64,000 bases of DNA from a virus (lineage: Duplodnaviria; Caudoviricetes). Location of the stretch: the IMG/VR virus record IMGVR_UViG_3300021387_000484, positions 1 through 64,000 of that record. One strand, written 5' to 3'. The notes beneath the pieces are model-generated. The model worked only from the letters and a program-made list of their open reading frames with translations. It made no database searches and was not told where the DNA came from. The position numbers and the translations under genes were made by a program. Of the stretch, positions 1-9,946 are shown in pieces (the first letter of the stretch is position 1; every line of letters begins with the position of its first letter).

Positions 1-444
1 GTCCTGTCGGCAGAAACATTAGTGATACACGATGCATCTGCTGTCTGGGCATCCTGACTGAGGTTCCACCCGACAAAGGAGTAATCATACTGAGCGGTTG
101 AAGTCCTCGCTGGTCCTGACGGCGAAGATTCCTCAGGCACACCATCCACACAGGTGACGGTCTTAATGAGTGTTGCGCCATCCCATGTCTTGTATGCCAG
201 ATATGTCAGTGCTACCCTGCTGTAGGCGGCGTAAACACTTCTGTCAGCGAGAACGTCGTCAAGATACCCTGTCTCTGCCGTAGAAGCATCCTGCTGTGTG
301 TTCCATCCGACGAAGGTATAACGGAACCGCTCTGTATCCGCCCTTGAAGGGCCCGCAGGAGCGGTCGTATCCTGAGGCACGCCGTCCACGCATGTAACGG
401 TCTTCAGGGTCTGAGAACCGTCCCATGTCTTGTAATACAGGTAG
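1..444 (-). repeat. Two tandem ~75-aa repeats (YKTWDGxxxxKTVTCVDGVP...YxFVGWNxxQDAxTA...VxADR) in the tail adhesin
   Basis: DNA repeat visible, e.g. tcccatgtcttgta at 181 and at 421; the translated units align. Confidence 0.8.
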
Positions 445-3400
445 GATGCTACGGAGTCCGCAATCACAGTGACGGTAGGATACCGCTCATTCCATGCGGC
501 TATGTCATCTCCTCTAAGTGCTGAGGTGTGGATAGTGCCAGAAAGCTGTGCCTTCTCCACTTCCTCAGAGTTGATGTCAAGGCCAATCATGGAGTCGAAC
601 AGGTCGAAGATGCCCTCAATCTCTTCCGCGTCCTCTGCCTCCCAGTAGAAGCCGGTGATGCGGATTGCGGTGCCCTCAGGGACAGAGCGCAGGATGTCCA
701 GAGTGTCAAGCCCCGTCATGTTCTCAAGCCACAGCTGGTCGATGCTGTTGTAGGAAGCCACGCTAAGACCTATATCCGTGAGCTTCGGGTGGTTACGAAG
801 GACGATACTGGTCGTTGTGGCAGGAAGGTGCAGTATCTCAAGGACACCGCCGTTAGGAAGGTCAACGCCCATGCAGGCTGTTCCGTCCAGATAGACTTCC
901 TGTATGTTCTTGCAGTGGGCAAGGTCGAGCGTTTTCTGGTCGGCAGTGCCGAAGTTCACGCAGTTCCTCATGTCCACGTAGACAAGCTTCTCATTTGCAC
1001 CGACAGAAACGGTCTTTGTGGCAGTGTTCCTGTAACCAGCCTCTCCGCTTCCAAGCCTCAGGGCCTGAAGGTTCGGAGCATTGGTGGAATCCCAGAAGCC
1101 CACATAAAGTTTTTCCAGTCCCTTTACGTCACGCACCATCTTTCCGTTGTGGATGGAGCAGACAGCGTCGTTTGCAAAGGCAAGGGGGTTCTCCACGGCG
1201 CACTTGTAGGTGTCGTCAACCACGCGGTGAGTGACTTTGGTGGCATCCCACAGGACCGTGACATAGCTCTTTTTGTAGACCTCGACCTCGATGTCCACTT
1301 CGCCATTCGCCCTCTGCGCCTCAGTGACCTGATAGAAGGGGCGGAACATGATTGATAAAAGCGCCTCGCCCACATCAAACATGGAGTCGATGTAGGGGAT
1401 GCGCCAGTCGATAAATTCCTCCCTCTGCCACCTCTTCGAACCATAGGCCATGGTCAGGTAGGTGGTCGTGCCGTCCTTTTCAAGGGGTTTTACATATTTA
1501 TAGTCGCCGTCCTCATTCCATATCTGCGTAGGCCATGCTGACTGCCACGCCCTGAAGTAGTTCTTCAGATAGGCGGCGTCAAACATCCCGGAGGACCGCA
1601 TCCTCTGATACATGGACCGGCACTCATTCCAGAACGCCTGTCTGAAGTTGACCCACTTCACGTTGTCGGCACCGTTGAAGACGTACTCGCCCTCGAACTG
1701 GTCGATATCTTCCATCCAGTACTCGAAGGTCAGGTTACCACGGTTGTCCGTGCCAAGGGCAGTATCAAAGTCGTAGGGCAGTTCCCACCACTTGCCTATC
1801 TCGTGCCAGTAGGTCAGGAACTCATTCTTCTGCCGGTCATCTGCCAGAAGGCAGACAAGGGTGAACACGTAGAAGAAGGTCGCATTGTCCATGTCATACA
1901 GGTCCGGGAAGCCGTCCTTGAACTTCGCAAGCCTGTAGGCGGCTGTGTCAGTGGTATACTGCACGCCGTCATATGTCACAGGGGAAGCAAGGGCATTGCC
2001 TGTCGCTTCGTCCTGCCACGTGCTGTAGATGAACTCAGTCATCGCTTTCAGCTTCGTGTTGTCTGTATAGTCATCGGGATACCGGGGCTCATAGTCCTCG
2101 CTGTTCCAGTTGTCCGGGAAAGTCGCCGTATGGAACTTGGACAGCTGTGAAGTGTTGGACTTTACTTCCCATGATTCATCACCTTCGGAGAAGCCGAAAA
2201 CCTCATGAGTGCCCTTATCATTGTTCCAGTTGTACTTACCCACGAACTCCGGGCCGTCCCCGTAGTCCCAGAAGACTACACAAGGGAAGCCGTCCACGCC
2301 CTGCCTGATGGCAGTGTCGGACTCCTGCGGGGGTGTGAGGATGCCAAGGTAGCGGCAAAGGTCCTCATAAATCTTGACAAGGCAGATGTTGTTCGCGCTC
2401 TCGCACGATGCCACGTCTGCCTTTAAGGTGAAGGTGTTCACTTCGATGGAGCCTTCCCGAATGATAAAGCCGATGGTCAGCCTGCCGTTGACGGTCGCTC
2501 CGTTCTTGAGCTTAATCTTCAGGTTCTTGACGGCGTAGTACTGGGAAGAAGTACCCTGTACATCCGCCTGAACCCCCGATGCGACAAGGTGCCTTGAAGC
2601 GTCTGTAGGAAGGACATGCTCAAGGTCGACCGTCTTCTTATCGCCCTTGTACTGGGGCGACTCAGGGCCGGTAAATATCGCATATGGAAGAGACGGGTCA
2701 AGCTTGTTAATGACAATATTGCCGTACTCGTCCTTGATGTCGTTTGCCCGGTACAGTGTAAGCATCTCGCCCACGTCCTGACGGTCCGCAATAAAGTTGC
2801 CAAGGACTTCGTCGTCGGTCAGGTCGCGGTCATAGACACGGATTGCATATACGTCCACGCCGCACAGGGCATTGCCGATGGTGATTCCCACAGGCTCTGT
2901 CTGGCGGAATGAATCCGTGCCCGAGTACTGCGTGATACCTGCATACTCGCCGTCTATGTACAAGTACACAAGGCGGTTCTTTGTTTGGGGCTGGACCACA
3001 AGGGTAAGCCTCAGATGTGTGTCCGTTGTATATCTCGCCGTGACCTCAGACCGGGCGGATTTGAACACGGCATGGTCGGCAGTGATTGAAAATCCCCTGT
3101 CCCCGTTCATACAGCTGATGATGGGCACGTCGTAGTCAAGGACATCGTGGGTAGAGAACTCTATCTCTATGCACTTGCCCGTTGTACGGAAGTCCGCTCC
3201 ATACGGCTGATAGGGTATCGTAACCGTGGAGCCGCCCATGGTACGAAGGCACGAGTAGCCATCTTCGTCAAGGACCCATCCGTCCCTAGTCCAGTTGAAG
3301 TCGGAAAACTCTGCGGATATGGCGTCCTGCCCTGTTCCGTATGTCCAGACAGCCGGGTTGTTCTCTGAATTGGACCTGCCAGCACTTGTCATATAAAGGG

Positions 3401-5183
3401 CAAGCTGGTCTGTGACCGCCTCCGGGTGGATATCCGACTCAGTAATGGTCAGTGTAAAGGACTTTGTCGTAGAGCCGCACGCAATGACGATGGTGACCGT
3501 ACCGGGCGTATCCGCTCTGTATGAGAAGGTATGCGCCGTGCGGTCGACCGTAAGCGACTGGACCTGCACGCCGTTTGCCGTGATGGTGACCGGTGCTTCC
3601 ATGCGGATAGGGTCATAGACCGTGTAGTCAATGCTCAGGGTCTCGTACTGCACTGCCGTTGTCTTGTTGTAGTCAGAGACGATGATGGGCGTCGTGTTCA
3701 GGGTCTCAAGACAGATGATTTCATAGTAAAGCCTGTTGGACTCTACCAGCTGGCCATTGACAATCGCGTCGAAGTAGCACTCGAAGGTGTGCGCCCCGTG
3801 CGACTGCTGAGGGATGGTGTAGGACATCTGCCTGCCCGAAACGGACGTGACGGTAGTGCCTATCTCCCTGCCGTCCAGAATGAAGTGTATGGTCTTTTCG
3901 ACTGAGCCGACCGGGGTATAAGGGAAGGAGATTGCGCCCTGATAGGGTGTTGAAGAATCGAACACGGAACTGTTGCTGAGCACGACCTTCTCCACAGAGA
4001 AGTTGACCGTTCTGGCGTTTCCGTAGGTATCCCTGATGGTCTGCTTCACGATGTTAGAGCCGACCATGAGATAAGGGGCGATGTTCAGGGTGATAGTGCC
4101 CTGAGGGACGTTCAGGAGCGCCTTTGTCACTCCGTTCACGGTCACCTGCAAGGTGCCGGGTCCCGTCTCGTTCTCGCCCTCTATAGAAGACCATGTGATA
4201 CTGGTCACGCACTCACCGTCCCCGGCGATGGTCTTCGCCTGCCATCCGGTCGTATTGTTTGCGGTCAGCACTGCGTTGTTGCTGGCGTCTGAGCCGCCCC
4301 CGCCGCCTCCACCGCCGCCGATGCCTGAGAAGGGCCCGGCTACGACCTCGCCCTGATGGGTGAAGTAGATAGCGTCATTCTCGATATAGGCGCCGTCAAA
4401 AGCCTCATCCATGAGCAGTTGCATGGCGGTCTGGTTGCGCTTCATGGAAGCCATCTGAGTGGAAAACTCAGCCACCTCGTTTGAGGCCAGTGTTGCAAGG
4501 TCAAGCGCCTGACGGGATGTGGTCCCTGCATCCGTGGTCAGCTGTGCCACCGCCGCTGTCTTGTCGTCGATGACCTGCATGGAGCTTCTATAGGTATCAT
4601 TCCACTCCTGCATGCTGTCGGTATAGGACGCATCAAACTCATTGAGCATGGTGCTCACGGACTGCTGGGCCTCAGACGCCGTCTGCGCACTCAAAGCCGC
4701 CGCCTCTGCCGTTTCATCCAGTGCCTGCTTATAAGCCTCGTACTGAGCTCCTGCGGCGATTATCTCTGCCGCGTTGTTCTCGACTGCATACAGTTCCGCG
4801 ACCTTTGAGTCGGACACTACAGTGGTCTGGTCCAGTGCCGCGTGCTCTGTCCACAGGGTAAAGTTCGCCGTGCTTATCTTCTTCCCGCTGTGGTACAGAG
4901 TGAGTTCAAAGTTGCCTTTGCCAGCGGCGGCAGTCATCTGGAGTTCGCCTTCCACGGTGACCGTCTTTGCGGTCGTATCCACTGTGGCGTCCACGGAGTA
5001 ACCGTTGCCGTCTGGCTTTGTGCCCCTTATCATCGCTGTCGTGCCGGACTCCATGGTGAATGTGCCCGAACTGGCATACAGTGAAAAAACAAGGGTGAAG
5101 TCTTCGTCCCCCTGATTGAGCCTGACGGTCGTCCTTACGCCGCCCGGCACCATGTCAAGAGGGTATCGGTATATCATGCTCAT
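1..5183 (-). CDS. Giant tail/receptor-binding protein (>1727 aa, truncated at window edge): BppU-like N-terminus, CotH-kinase-like domain, LRR-like region, Listeria-Bacteroides-like repeats
   Basis: Absent from the ORF track because no stop lies in the window. Manual translation from the ATG at 5183 (ATGA overlap with the upstream gene) gives MSMIYRYPLDMVPGGVRTTVRLNQGDEDF..GTKPDG (BppU_N-like), DDRQKNEF..WWELPYDFDTALG (CotH-like), LDLAHCKNIQEVYLDGT (LRR-like) and two YKTWDG..KTVTCVDGVP..YxFVGWN..VxADR repeats. The N-terminus and position 1 are in the same frame; not every intervening codon was checked. Confidence 0.8.
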   Translation of the reverse strand, partial: MSMIYRYPLDMVPGGVRTTVRLNQGDEDFTLVFSLYASSGTFTMESGTTAMIRGTKPDGNGYSVDATVDTTAKTVTVEGELQMTAAAGKGNFELTLYHSGKKISTANFTLWTEHAALDQTTVVSDSKVAELYAVENNAAEIIAAGAQYEAYKQALDETAEAAALSAQTASEAQQSVSTMLNEFDASYTDSMQEWNDTYRSSMQVIDDKTAAVAQLTTDAGTTSRQALDLATLASNEVAEFSTQMASMKRNQTAMQLLMDEAFDGAYIENDAIYFTHQGEVVAGPFSGIGGGGGGGGGSDASNNAVLTANNTTGWQAKTIAGDGECVTSITWSSIEGENETGPGTLQVTVNGVTKALLNVPQGTITLNIAPYLMVGSNIVKQTIRDTYGNARTVNFSVEKVVLSNSSVFDSSTPYQGAISFPYTPVGSVEKTIHFILDGREIGTTVTSVSGRQMSYTIPQQSHGAHTFECYFDAIVNGQLVESNRLYYEIICLETLNTTPIIVSDYNKTTAVQYETLSIDYTVYDPIRMEAPVTITANGVQVQSLTVDRTAHTFSYRADTPGTVTIVIACGSTTKSFTLTITESDIHPEAVTDQLALYMTSAGRSNSENNPAVWTYGTGQDAISAEFSDFNWTRDGWVLDEDGYSCLRTMGGSTVTIPYQPYGADFRTTGKCIEIEFSTHDVLDYDVPIISCMNGDRGFSITADHAVFKSARSEVTARYTTDTHLRLTLVVQPQTKNRLVYLYIDGEYAGITQYSGTDSFRQTEPVGITIGNALCGVDVYAIRVYDRDLTDDEVLGNFIADRQDVGEMLTLYRANDIKDEYGNIVINKLDPSLPYAIFTGPESPQYKGDKKTVDLEHVLPTDASRHLVASGVQADVQGTSSQYYAVKNLKIKLKNGATVNGRLTIGFIIREGSIEVNTFTLKADVASCESANNICLVKIYEDLCRYLGILTPPQESDTAIRQGVDGFPCVVFWDYGDGPEFVGKYNWNNDKGTHEVFGFSEGDESWEVKSNTSQLSKFHTATFPDNWNSEDYEPRYPDDYTDNTKLKAMTEFIYSTWQDEATGNALASPVTYDGVQYTTDTAAYRLAKFKDGFPDLYDMDNATFFYVFTLVCLLADDRQKNEFLTYWHEIGKWWELPYDFDTALGTDNRGNLTFEYWMEDIDQFEGEYVFNGADNVKWVNFRQAFWNECRSMYQRMRSSGMFDAAYLKNYFRAWQSAWPTQIWNEDGDYKYVKPLEKDGTTTYLTMAYGSKRWQREEFIDWRIPYIDSMFDVGEALLSIMFRPFYQVTEAQRANGEVDIEVEVYKKSYVTVLWDATKVTHRVVDDTYKCAVENPLAFANDAVCSIHNGKMVRDVKGLEKLYVGFWDSTNAPNLQALRLGSGEAGYRNTATKTVSVGANEKLVYVDMRNCVNFGTADQKTLDLAHCKNIQEVYLDGTACMGVDLPNGGVLEILHLPATTTSIVLRNHPKLTDIGLSVASYNSIDQLWLENMTGLDTLDILRSVPEGTAIRITGFYWEAEDAEEIEGIFDLFDSMIGLDINSEEVEKAQLSGTIHTSALRGDDIAAWNERYPTVTVIADSVASYLYYKTWDGSQTLKTVTCVDGVPQDTTAPAGPSRADTERFRYTFVGWNTQQDASTAETGYLDDVLADRSVYAAYSRVALTYLAYKTWDGATLIKTVTCVDGVPEESSPSGPARTSTAQYDYSFVGWNLSQDAQTADASCITNVSADR

Positions 5184-5539
5184 GTTGTCTGCCCTCCATC
5201 TGCCTCAGCTTCCACGTACACGGGGAAGTTCTGTGAGAACAGCTTTTTCCCGCCCCGTATGAGGCATACTTCAAGTTCCCCCCTGCCGGGTGCATTGGTA
5301 AGTTGCGTAGTCCCCGCAACGATGACATCCATGCCCGACAGCGTAGCGGGCATTTCATAACCGGTATGGTCGGGTTTCTTGCCAAACAGCTTTGCGGTAG
5401 TACCGCTCTGGATGGTAAATTCCCCACTGCTGTTGTACAGGTGGATGAGTATCCCGAAGTCGGTATCGCCCTCATTCACCCGCAGTGTCGGCGCGTGCCC
5501 GCCCGCGCACATGTCGATGTCCAGTTCGTGGATTATCAT
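5180..5539 (-). CDS. BppU N-terminal-like baseplate protein, paralog of the adhesin N-terminus
   Basis: RVNEGDTDF..LYNSSGEFTIQSGTTAKLFGKKPD aligns with RLNQGDEDF..LYASSGTFTMESGTTAMIRGTKPD of the downstream gene. Confidence 0.7.
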   Translation of the reverse strand: MIIHELDIDMCAGGHAPTLRVNEGDTDFGILIHLYNSSGEFTIQSGTTAKLFGKKPDHTGYEMPATLSGMDVIVAGTTQLTNAPGRGELEVCLIRGGKKLFSQNFPVYVEAEADGGQTT

Positions 5540-6057
5540 TTGCCACCTCCCCCGATGGCGATTGCGGCAAGGGAGGCTCTGACTGTATCCCCGAGGTTCG
5601 TGACCGCCCCGTCAACGCTCTTCTGTGCGCTCTCTGCCCGTATGGCGCACTCCTCAGCCATTTCAGCCGCCTTGTCCATCCGTGATAATGCCTTTTCCGC
5701 CGACCGGCTTATCTGGATGTCCGCCTTCTTGCCCGCCTCGTCAACGTCCTGAAGCGTCTTCCCTGCCTTTTCAAGCATCTGAGTCATGCGCTTCTCCATC
5801 CTCTGCATCAGCTCATACAGGACAGCGGCATTTGCCCGTGATTTTTCCGCTTCCTCTGCCGCCTGCTGGGTCTTCTCAAGGTATTCCTTTTCCTCGTTAT
5901 ACTCAGCCATACGGGTCGCTTTTCCTGCCTGTGTCCCGATATACACGGCATGCATCCCAAGGATGTTCACGATGACTATCTGACCGGGGCTTACCTTTTC
6001 GGGGTCGAAGTCGTTGTAATCAACTACCGCAGGGAACTCCCTGTTCTGTACTGCCAT
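5536..6057 (-). CDS. Coiled-coil tail-associated hypothetical protein
   Basis: AGGAGG RBS, Ala/Glu-rich helical body, overlapping stop/start with the next gene. Confidence 0.6.
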   Translation of the reverse strand: MAVQNREFPAVVDYNDFDPEKVSPGQIVIVNILGMHAVYIGTQAGKATRMAEYNEEKEYLEKTQQAAEEAEKSRANAAVLYELMQRMEKRMTQMLEKAGKTLQDVDEAGKKADIQISRSAEKALSRMDKAAEMAEECAIRAESAQKSVDGAVTNLGDTVRASLAAIAIGGGGK

Positions 6058-6075
6058 ATCAGTCCTCCTTTACGG

Positions 6076-6108
6076 CATAAAAAAAGCACACCCGGTATGG
6101 ATGTACTG
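6076..6108 (-). terminator. Possible rho-independent terminator
   Basis: Minus strand gtacatcc-atacc-gggtgtgc followed by a T run; the stem needs G:U pairs. Confidence 0.45.
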
Positions 6109-6109
6109 C

Positions 6110-6289
6110 CTACATAAACTCTCTTACTATCTTCCTCAGGTCCAAGATGTCCTGCTCAAGGTCCCTTATCCGCTTCTCCTGTTCCATGCCCCTCTTCATC
6201 AGGTACTCTATCTTGTGTTCGTGGCCTTCCAGCTTCACCTGCTCTTCAGTCATGAGCACCATATCCGATTCCCTGATTGATAATTCCAT
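6110..6289 (-). CDS. Small coiled-coil hypothetical protein
   Basis: AAGGAG RBS upstream of MELSIR; the track ORF starts at 6307. Confidence 0.55.
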   Translation of the reverse strand: MELSIRESDMVLMTEEQVKLEGHEHKIEYLMKRGMEQEKRIRDLEQDILDLRKIVREFM

Positions 6290-6326
6290 GTGCGGTTCTC
6301 CTTTCACCTGCCTCGGTTTTATCCAT

Positions 6327-6530
6327 TTATTCCTCAGACAGTTTCTTTTCCCTTATGTAGTCTCTGATTGCATTAACATGCCCAAGGAGCTCATTGTCTA
6401 CAACGTAGAAGGACTGCTTTACGTTCCTTGTCACAGGCTCCCCGGTTTCCGCGTCAATCTCATCAAATGTAAATGAAATACGGTCCCCGCCACCGATGTT
6501 AAGAACCATAAAACTACTAAGCTGTTTCAT
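6327..6530 (-). CDS. Small hypothetical protein following the tail spike gene
   Basis: GGAGG RBS upstream of MKQLSS. Confidence 0.6.
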   Translation of the reverse strand: MKQLSSFMVLNIGGGDRISFTFDEIDAETGEPVTRNVKQSFYVVDNELLGHVNAIRDYIREKKLSEE

Positions 6531-9396
6531 ATAAATCCTCCTGTTCACTCATCCATCTGTTCATTTCTTTTATTTCCTCATCGTAGAGAGCCTCAGGAGA
6601 TATCTCCTCCCTTTCTACTTCTTCGGGTTCTTCAAGGCGTTCCATTTCACAGCCTATCTGTCTGGCTTTTATCTCCCAATCAAAAGCCAGCCCCGGTGTA
6701 CCCTGTACGATAAAATATGTTGGCTCTTTCTGGCTCACCCAAACATCGCCTTCACCCATTTTTTGCAAAAAGACATAGTATGTACCGCCAGCAAGTGTTT
6801 CCAGAAAAACATCGTCTATCTCAACTATGCACTCCCCCCTGTCATCCAACACCCCAGACCCGATGTCTCCAAACATGGGTGACGGCATCTCATAGCAATA
6901 CAGGAGCCTCCGATTATAGTTTTGAGTTTCTGCAATTCTGGATTTTGTTCCATCACAAGATATTTGGCCGGTTGCGTACATGTTTCCACCAACACGCAGA
7001 TTAGGATTGATGGAAACACGGTTACTCCCATTCTCCATCTCTATCTGTGCATAATACCCAGACCCACTTGCTTGAACCATCCATCTTGACGTGGCTGTTG
7101 CGCTAAGGCTTACAGCCCCGCTAAGCGCCTGTAGGCCAAGTGAATGTGTTGCACTCATCCCGCCGTCGGACATGGATAAATATTTCGTTGTTGACCCGTT
7201 CTTTCTTATAATTGCTGATACAGCAGAACTACTCGTTCCATCAGGATGGCCTATCGTAAATTCGGTTTTTGTACTTGAACTGTATTCATCTGTGGATATC
7301 ATGCTGTTGCAAATAATCTTGTTATTCGCAAGGTCGAAGTATACCTTCCCGTTGTTCGACTCAATCTTACCAGCCTTTATTACGTTCCCACTTATTGTTC
7401 CCTCATGTACTGTTATTCCGCTATGGTTCCACTCCCCAATTCGACGTTGGTCTGCATCATACATACGAAGACCATTTTTAGACCATGTGCCAATGACTAA
7501 ATCATTCTCATCTCGTATATAAAGGACTCCGTTTGTATTTTCCCCGCCAACAGTTATGTTTGGTCCCTTTATGACACCACCGCTTATAGTGCCGCCTGAA
7601 ATCGTTCCTGAACGAACATCAATGCCGTCATGATTCCACTGTCCTATTACCGTTGTGCCATTAGAGGCAAACATCTTGATACCATTTACAGTCCAGTTAG
7701 CAAGCTGTGTACCGTCTGCATCGCGTATATAAAGAATTGGCGGGTTATTTCCAGTCCCGCCAACAGTTATATTTGGTCCCTGTATGGTCCCTTTATAGAC
7801 GACAAGACCCCCGTTGTTCATCTTCGCGATGTTTTCCCCATTCGCGTCTTTTAACAAAAGGATGCCGTTCCCGTTCCCGTTTCCGCCAAGCGTAAGTACA
7901 CCGCCGTGTGCTTGGTCAAACGCAATGGTAATCGCCGCCATGAGGTTCATAAACATCGTGCCGCCCGGCGTAAAGCCATACCATGTCGGGTTTGCATCCG
8001 TCCCGTTCGAAGTTACCTGAATGCCAGCGTCAGAAAACATGATTCTGACAGGTGATTCTGCCAGCTCCCTCCTGTTGTGCAGATAGTAGATGGTTGAGCC
8101 TGTCTGTGAGTCTGTCACGGCGCGGTAGTACATGCCTGAGGCGCTTGCCACGGCATTGCGCAGGTCTTCTTCCGCAAGCATCCGAAGGCTCTTTTCCTCA
8201 TTTATCTGCTTCTGCATCTCAAGGTAAGCTTTTGACTGCCAGCTGTACCTAGTGGCGTTGTTCCGAAGGGGCGTCTCTGCACCGCTCACGGTCTTTTGCT
8301 GGTCAAAGGCAGTAAAGTTTGTCCTTGTGATAAGGATGGGATACCCTCTGCCCTTGCGGTCCCAGACAGCGGCTACGTCCCCCGCCTCGATGGCCATGTT
8401 TGAGGAGTGTGATAAAGACGCCTTTCGGAAGGTCATACCAATGAACTGCGTGCCCAGCCAGTTTTTTATCTGAGTTATCTGGTTGGATGTGCACGCGTTC
8501 AGGACGTTGTTCTTCTCGAAGCCTACGACATAGCCCTCCTGCCCTGCCGTTGCGACCTGCTCAATCTTCTTGCCGTCATTGTCGGTGACTTCATAAGTCA
8601 GGCGCACTCCCGTTATAGTCACAGGGTCTACAGCTATGTCCTGAGAGAACACGGACGTGATGTAGTGCATACGGGCAAGTATGGCTGAAGACGGGGTCGT
8701 GCCCCCTGAGTATGCTGTTATCCAGCTGTTCAAAGCCGCATAGTCGAACCATCCGAAGGTGACTTTTCCGTCCGGGGTGCACTTTGCGTAGCACCCCGCA
8801 ATAGCGGCGACCATGCCAACGACCTCGCGGCATGTAAGCCCGTCCGAATCAAACTCAGTGGCAAGTTGAAAATCATGGTGTGGGAACGGGTTCGCGGAAG
8901 TCTGAGGCTGGAACTGCACCTTTCCCAAACATGCGGACTGCACTATCTGGTACAGGGTAGCCGGGTAGGTTGGGTTTCCCGTATAAGGCCGGTCCAGCTT
9001 CTCCATGTTGTCCAGAAGGGTCAGGCTGATTGCCCCGTCCGTGAAAGAGCACTCGTCTACCGTATAAGTACCTATCAGGACGGGGTTCTCCCCTGTATCG
9101 GCAATGCCAAGGCGTATCAGTGCAGTCGCGTCCGTGAAGTCGTAGATGGAGTACTCCTCGTTCAGGTTCTTGATTGATAATCGCGCGGTCCCGATGATGG
9201 TCGACCCCAGTGCTGTGAATTTGTTGTCGTCTGATACTGCGTCTTCCATGGCGAATCCGCTCCCATCCCAGAGCTCCGCGTTCGTGAGCGTCAGGGTCGT
9301 GTGGTTCGTATCCGCAAGGGTCAGGACCGCCCGGACTATATATTTCTTCTGGTTATTACTTGTCGCCCGTTTAAAGGCTTCGGGGATATTTCTCAT
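6517..9396 (-). CDS. Tail tip/tail spike protein with beta-repeats and a conserved C-terminal domain
   Basis: Follows the Dit-like gene. Baseplate-hub-like N-terminus, GPNITVGG..LYIRD..W..G repeats, C-terminal LYCYEMPSPMFGDIGSG..FDWEIKARQ typical of siphophage tail proteins. Confidence 0.75.
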   Translation of the reverse strand: MRNIPEAFKRATSNNQKKYIVRAVLTLADTNHTTLTLTNAELWDGSGFAMEDAVSDDNKFTALGSTIIGTARLSIKNLNEEYSIYDFTDATALIRLGIADTGENPVLIGTYTVDECSFTDGAISLTLLDNMEKLDRPYTGNPTYPATLYQIVQSACLGKVQFQPQTSANPFPHHDFQLATEFDSDGLTCREVVGMVAAIAGCYAKCTPDGKVTFGWFDYAALNSWITAYSGGTTPSSAILARMHYITSVFSQDIAVDPVTITGVRLTYEVTDNDGKKIEQVATAGQEGYVVGFEKNNVLNACTSNQITQIKNWLGTQFIGMTFRKASLSHSSNMAIEAGDVAAVWDRKGRGYPILITRTNFTAFDQQKTVSGAETPLRNNATRYSWQSKAYLEMQKQINEEKSLRMLAEEDLRNAVASASGMYYRAVTDSQTGSTIYYLHNRRELAESPVRIMFSDAGIQVTSNGTDANPTWYGFTPGGTMFMNLMAAITIAFDQAHGGVLTLGGNGNGNGILLLKDANGENIAKMNNGGLVVYKGTIQGPNITVGGTGNNPPILYIRDADGTQLANWTVNGIKMFASNGTTVIGQWNHDGIDVRSGTISGGTISGGVIKGPNITVGGENTNGVLYIRDENDLVIGTWSKNGLRMYDADQRRIGEWNHSGITVHEGTISGNVIKAGKIESNNGKVYFDLANNKIICNSMISTDEYSSSTKTEFTIGHPDGTSSSAVSAIIRKNGSTTKYLSMSDGGMSATHSLGLQALSGAVSLSATATSRWMVQASGSGYYAQIEMENGSNRVSINPNLRVGGNMYATGQISCDGTKSRIAETQNYNRRLLYCYEMPSPMFGDIGSGVLDDRGECIVEIDDVFLETLAGGTYYVFLQKMGEGDVWVSQKEPTYFIVQGTPGLAFDWEIKARQIGCEMERLEEPEEVEREEISPEALYDEEIKEMNRWMSEQEDLYETA

Positions 9397-9399
9397 ACA

Positions 9400-9936
9400 T
9401 CATATCCTTATGAATTTCATGCTTATACTGCCCCATGTGCTGTCAGGGTCATTGAGGTTGAGTGCCGTTGCGGTCCTGTCGCCCACATAAAACTCGTTTG
9501 TCTGGAACGTGTTCGCAAGGCGCGGGTCCGCATATGTAAACATGATGGATGATTTGCCGTCCACAAGGTTGAGCAGGAGCTGTGCGTCCGCCCACGAAAG
9601 CCTAGTCCACTGGCACTCATAGGTGTCCTTTACCGCAATGATGTCCTTCTGCATAAAGCCAGACAGGTTACGCCCCGACTCCTTGCTCGATAAATCCTGT
9701 ATGCCCGCCTTGTAGGAATCGGGGGTAGGGATGGGCGTCCCGTTTATCGCAAACGGCCTGCTTCCTTTTTGGACGCCCACGTAACCGTTCGGGTCCGGTG
9801 TGAACGTCCCGGTCTCATAGGTCACGCCGGTGTTCCTTGCAGGGAAGCTGACGCTGTTTATAGGGTCATTGGCGCTTGCCCTCTCTCTTTCGGGGAAGGT
9901 GACCACGCCGTTGCCCACTGGTAGTCCTATGCTCAT
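9400..9936 (-). CDS. Distal tail protein-like (DUF6711-like)
   Basis: INGTPIPTPDSY..DLSSKESGRNLSGFMQKDII..FYVGDR; lies directly after the tape measure gene. Confidence 0.65.
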   Translation of the reverse strand: MSIGLPVGNGVVTFPERERASANDPINSVSFPARNTGVTYETGTFTPDPNGYVGVQKGSRPFAINGTPIPTPDSYKAGIQDLSSKESGRNLSGFMQKDIIAVKDTYECQWTRLSWADAQLLLNLVDGKSSIMFTYADPRLANTFQTNEFYVGDRTATALNLNDPDSTWGSISMKFIRI

Positions 9937-9946
9937 GCCTTCCTCC

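Noticed and set aside
528-5084. Numerous plus-strand ORFs in the track
   Set aside because: They are antisense to the long minus-strand tail adhesin frame, which has coherent domains.
1-9396. Diversity-generating retroelement targeting tail genes
   Set aside because: No reverse transcriptase or template/variable repeat pair is visible in this window.
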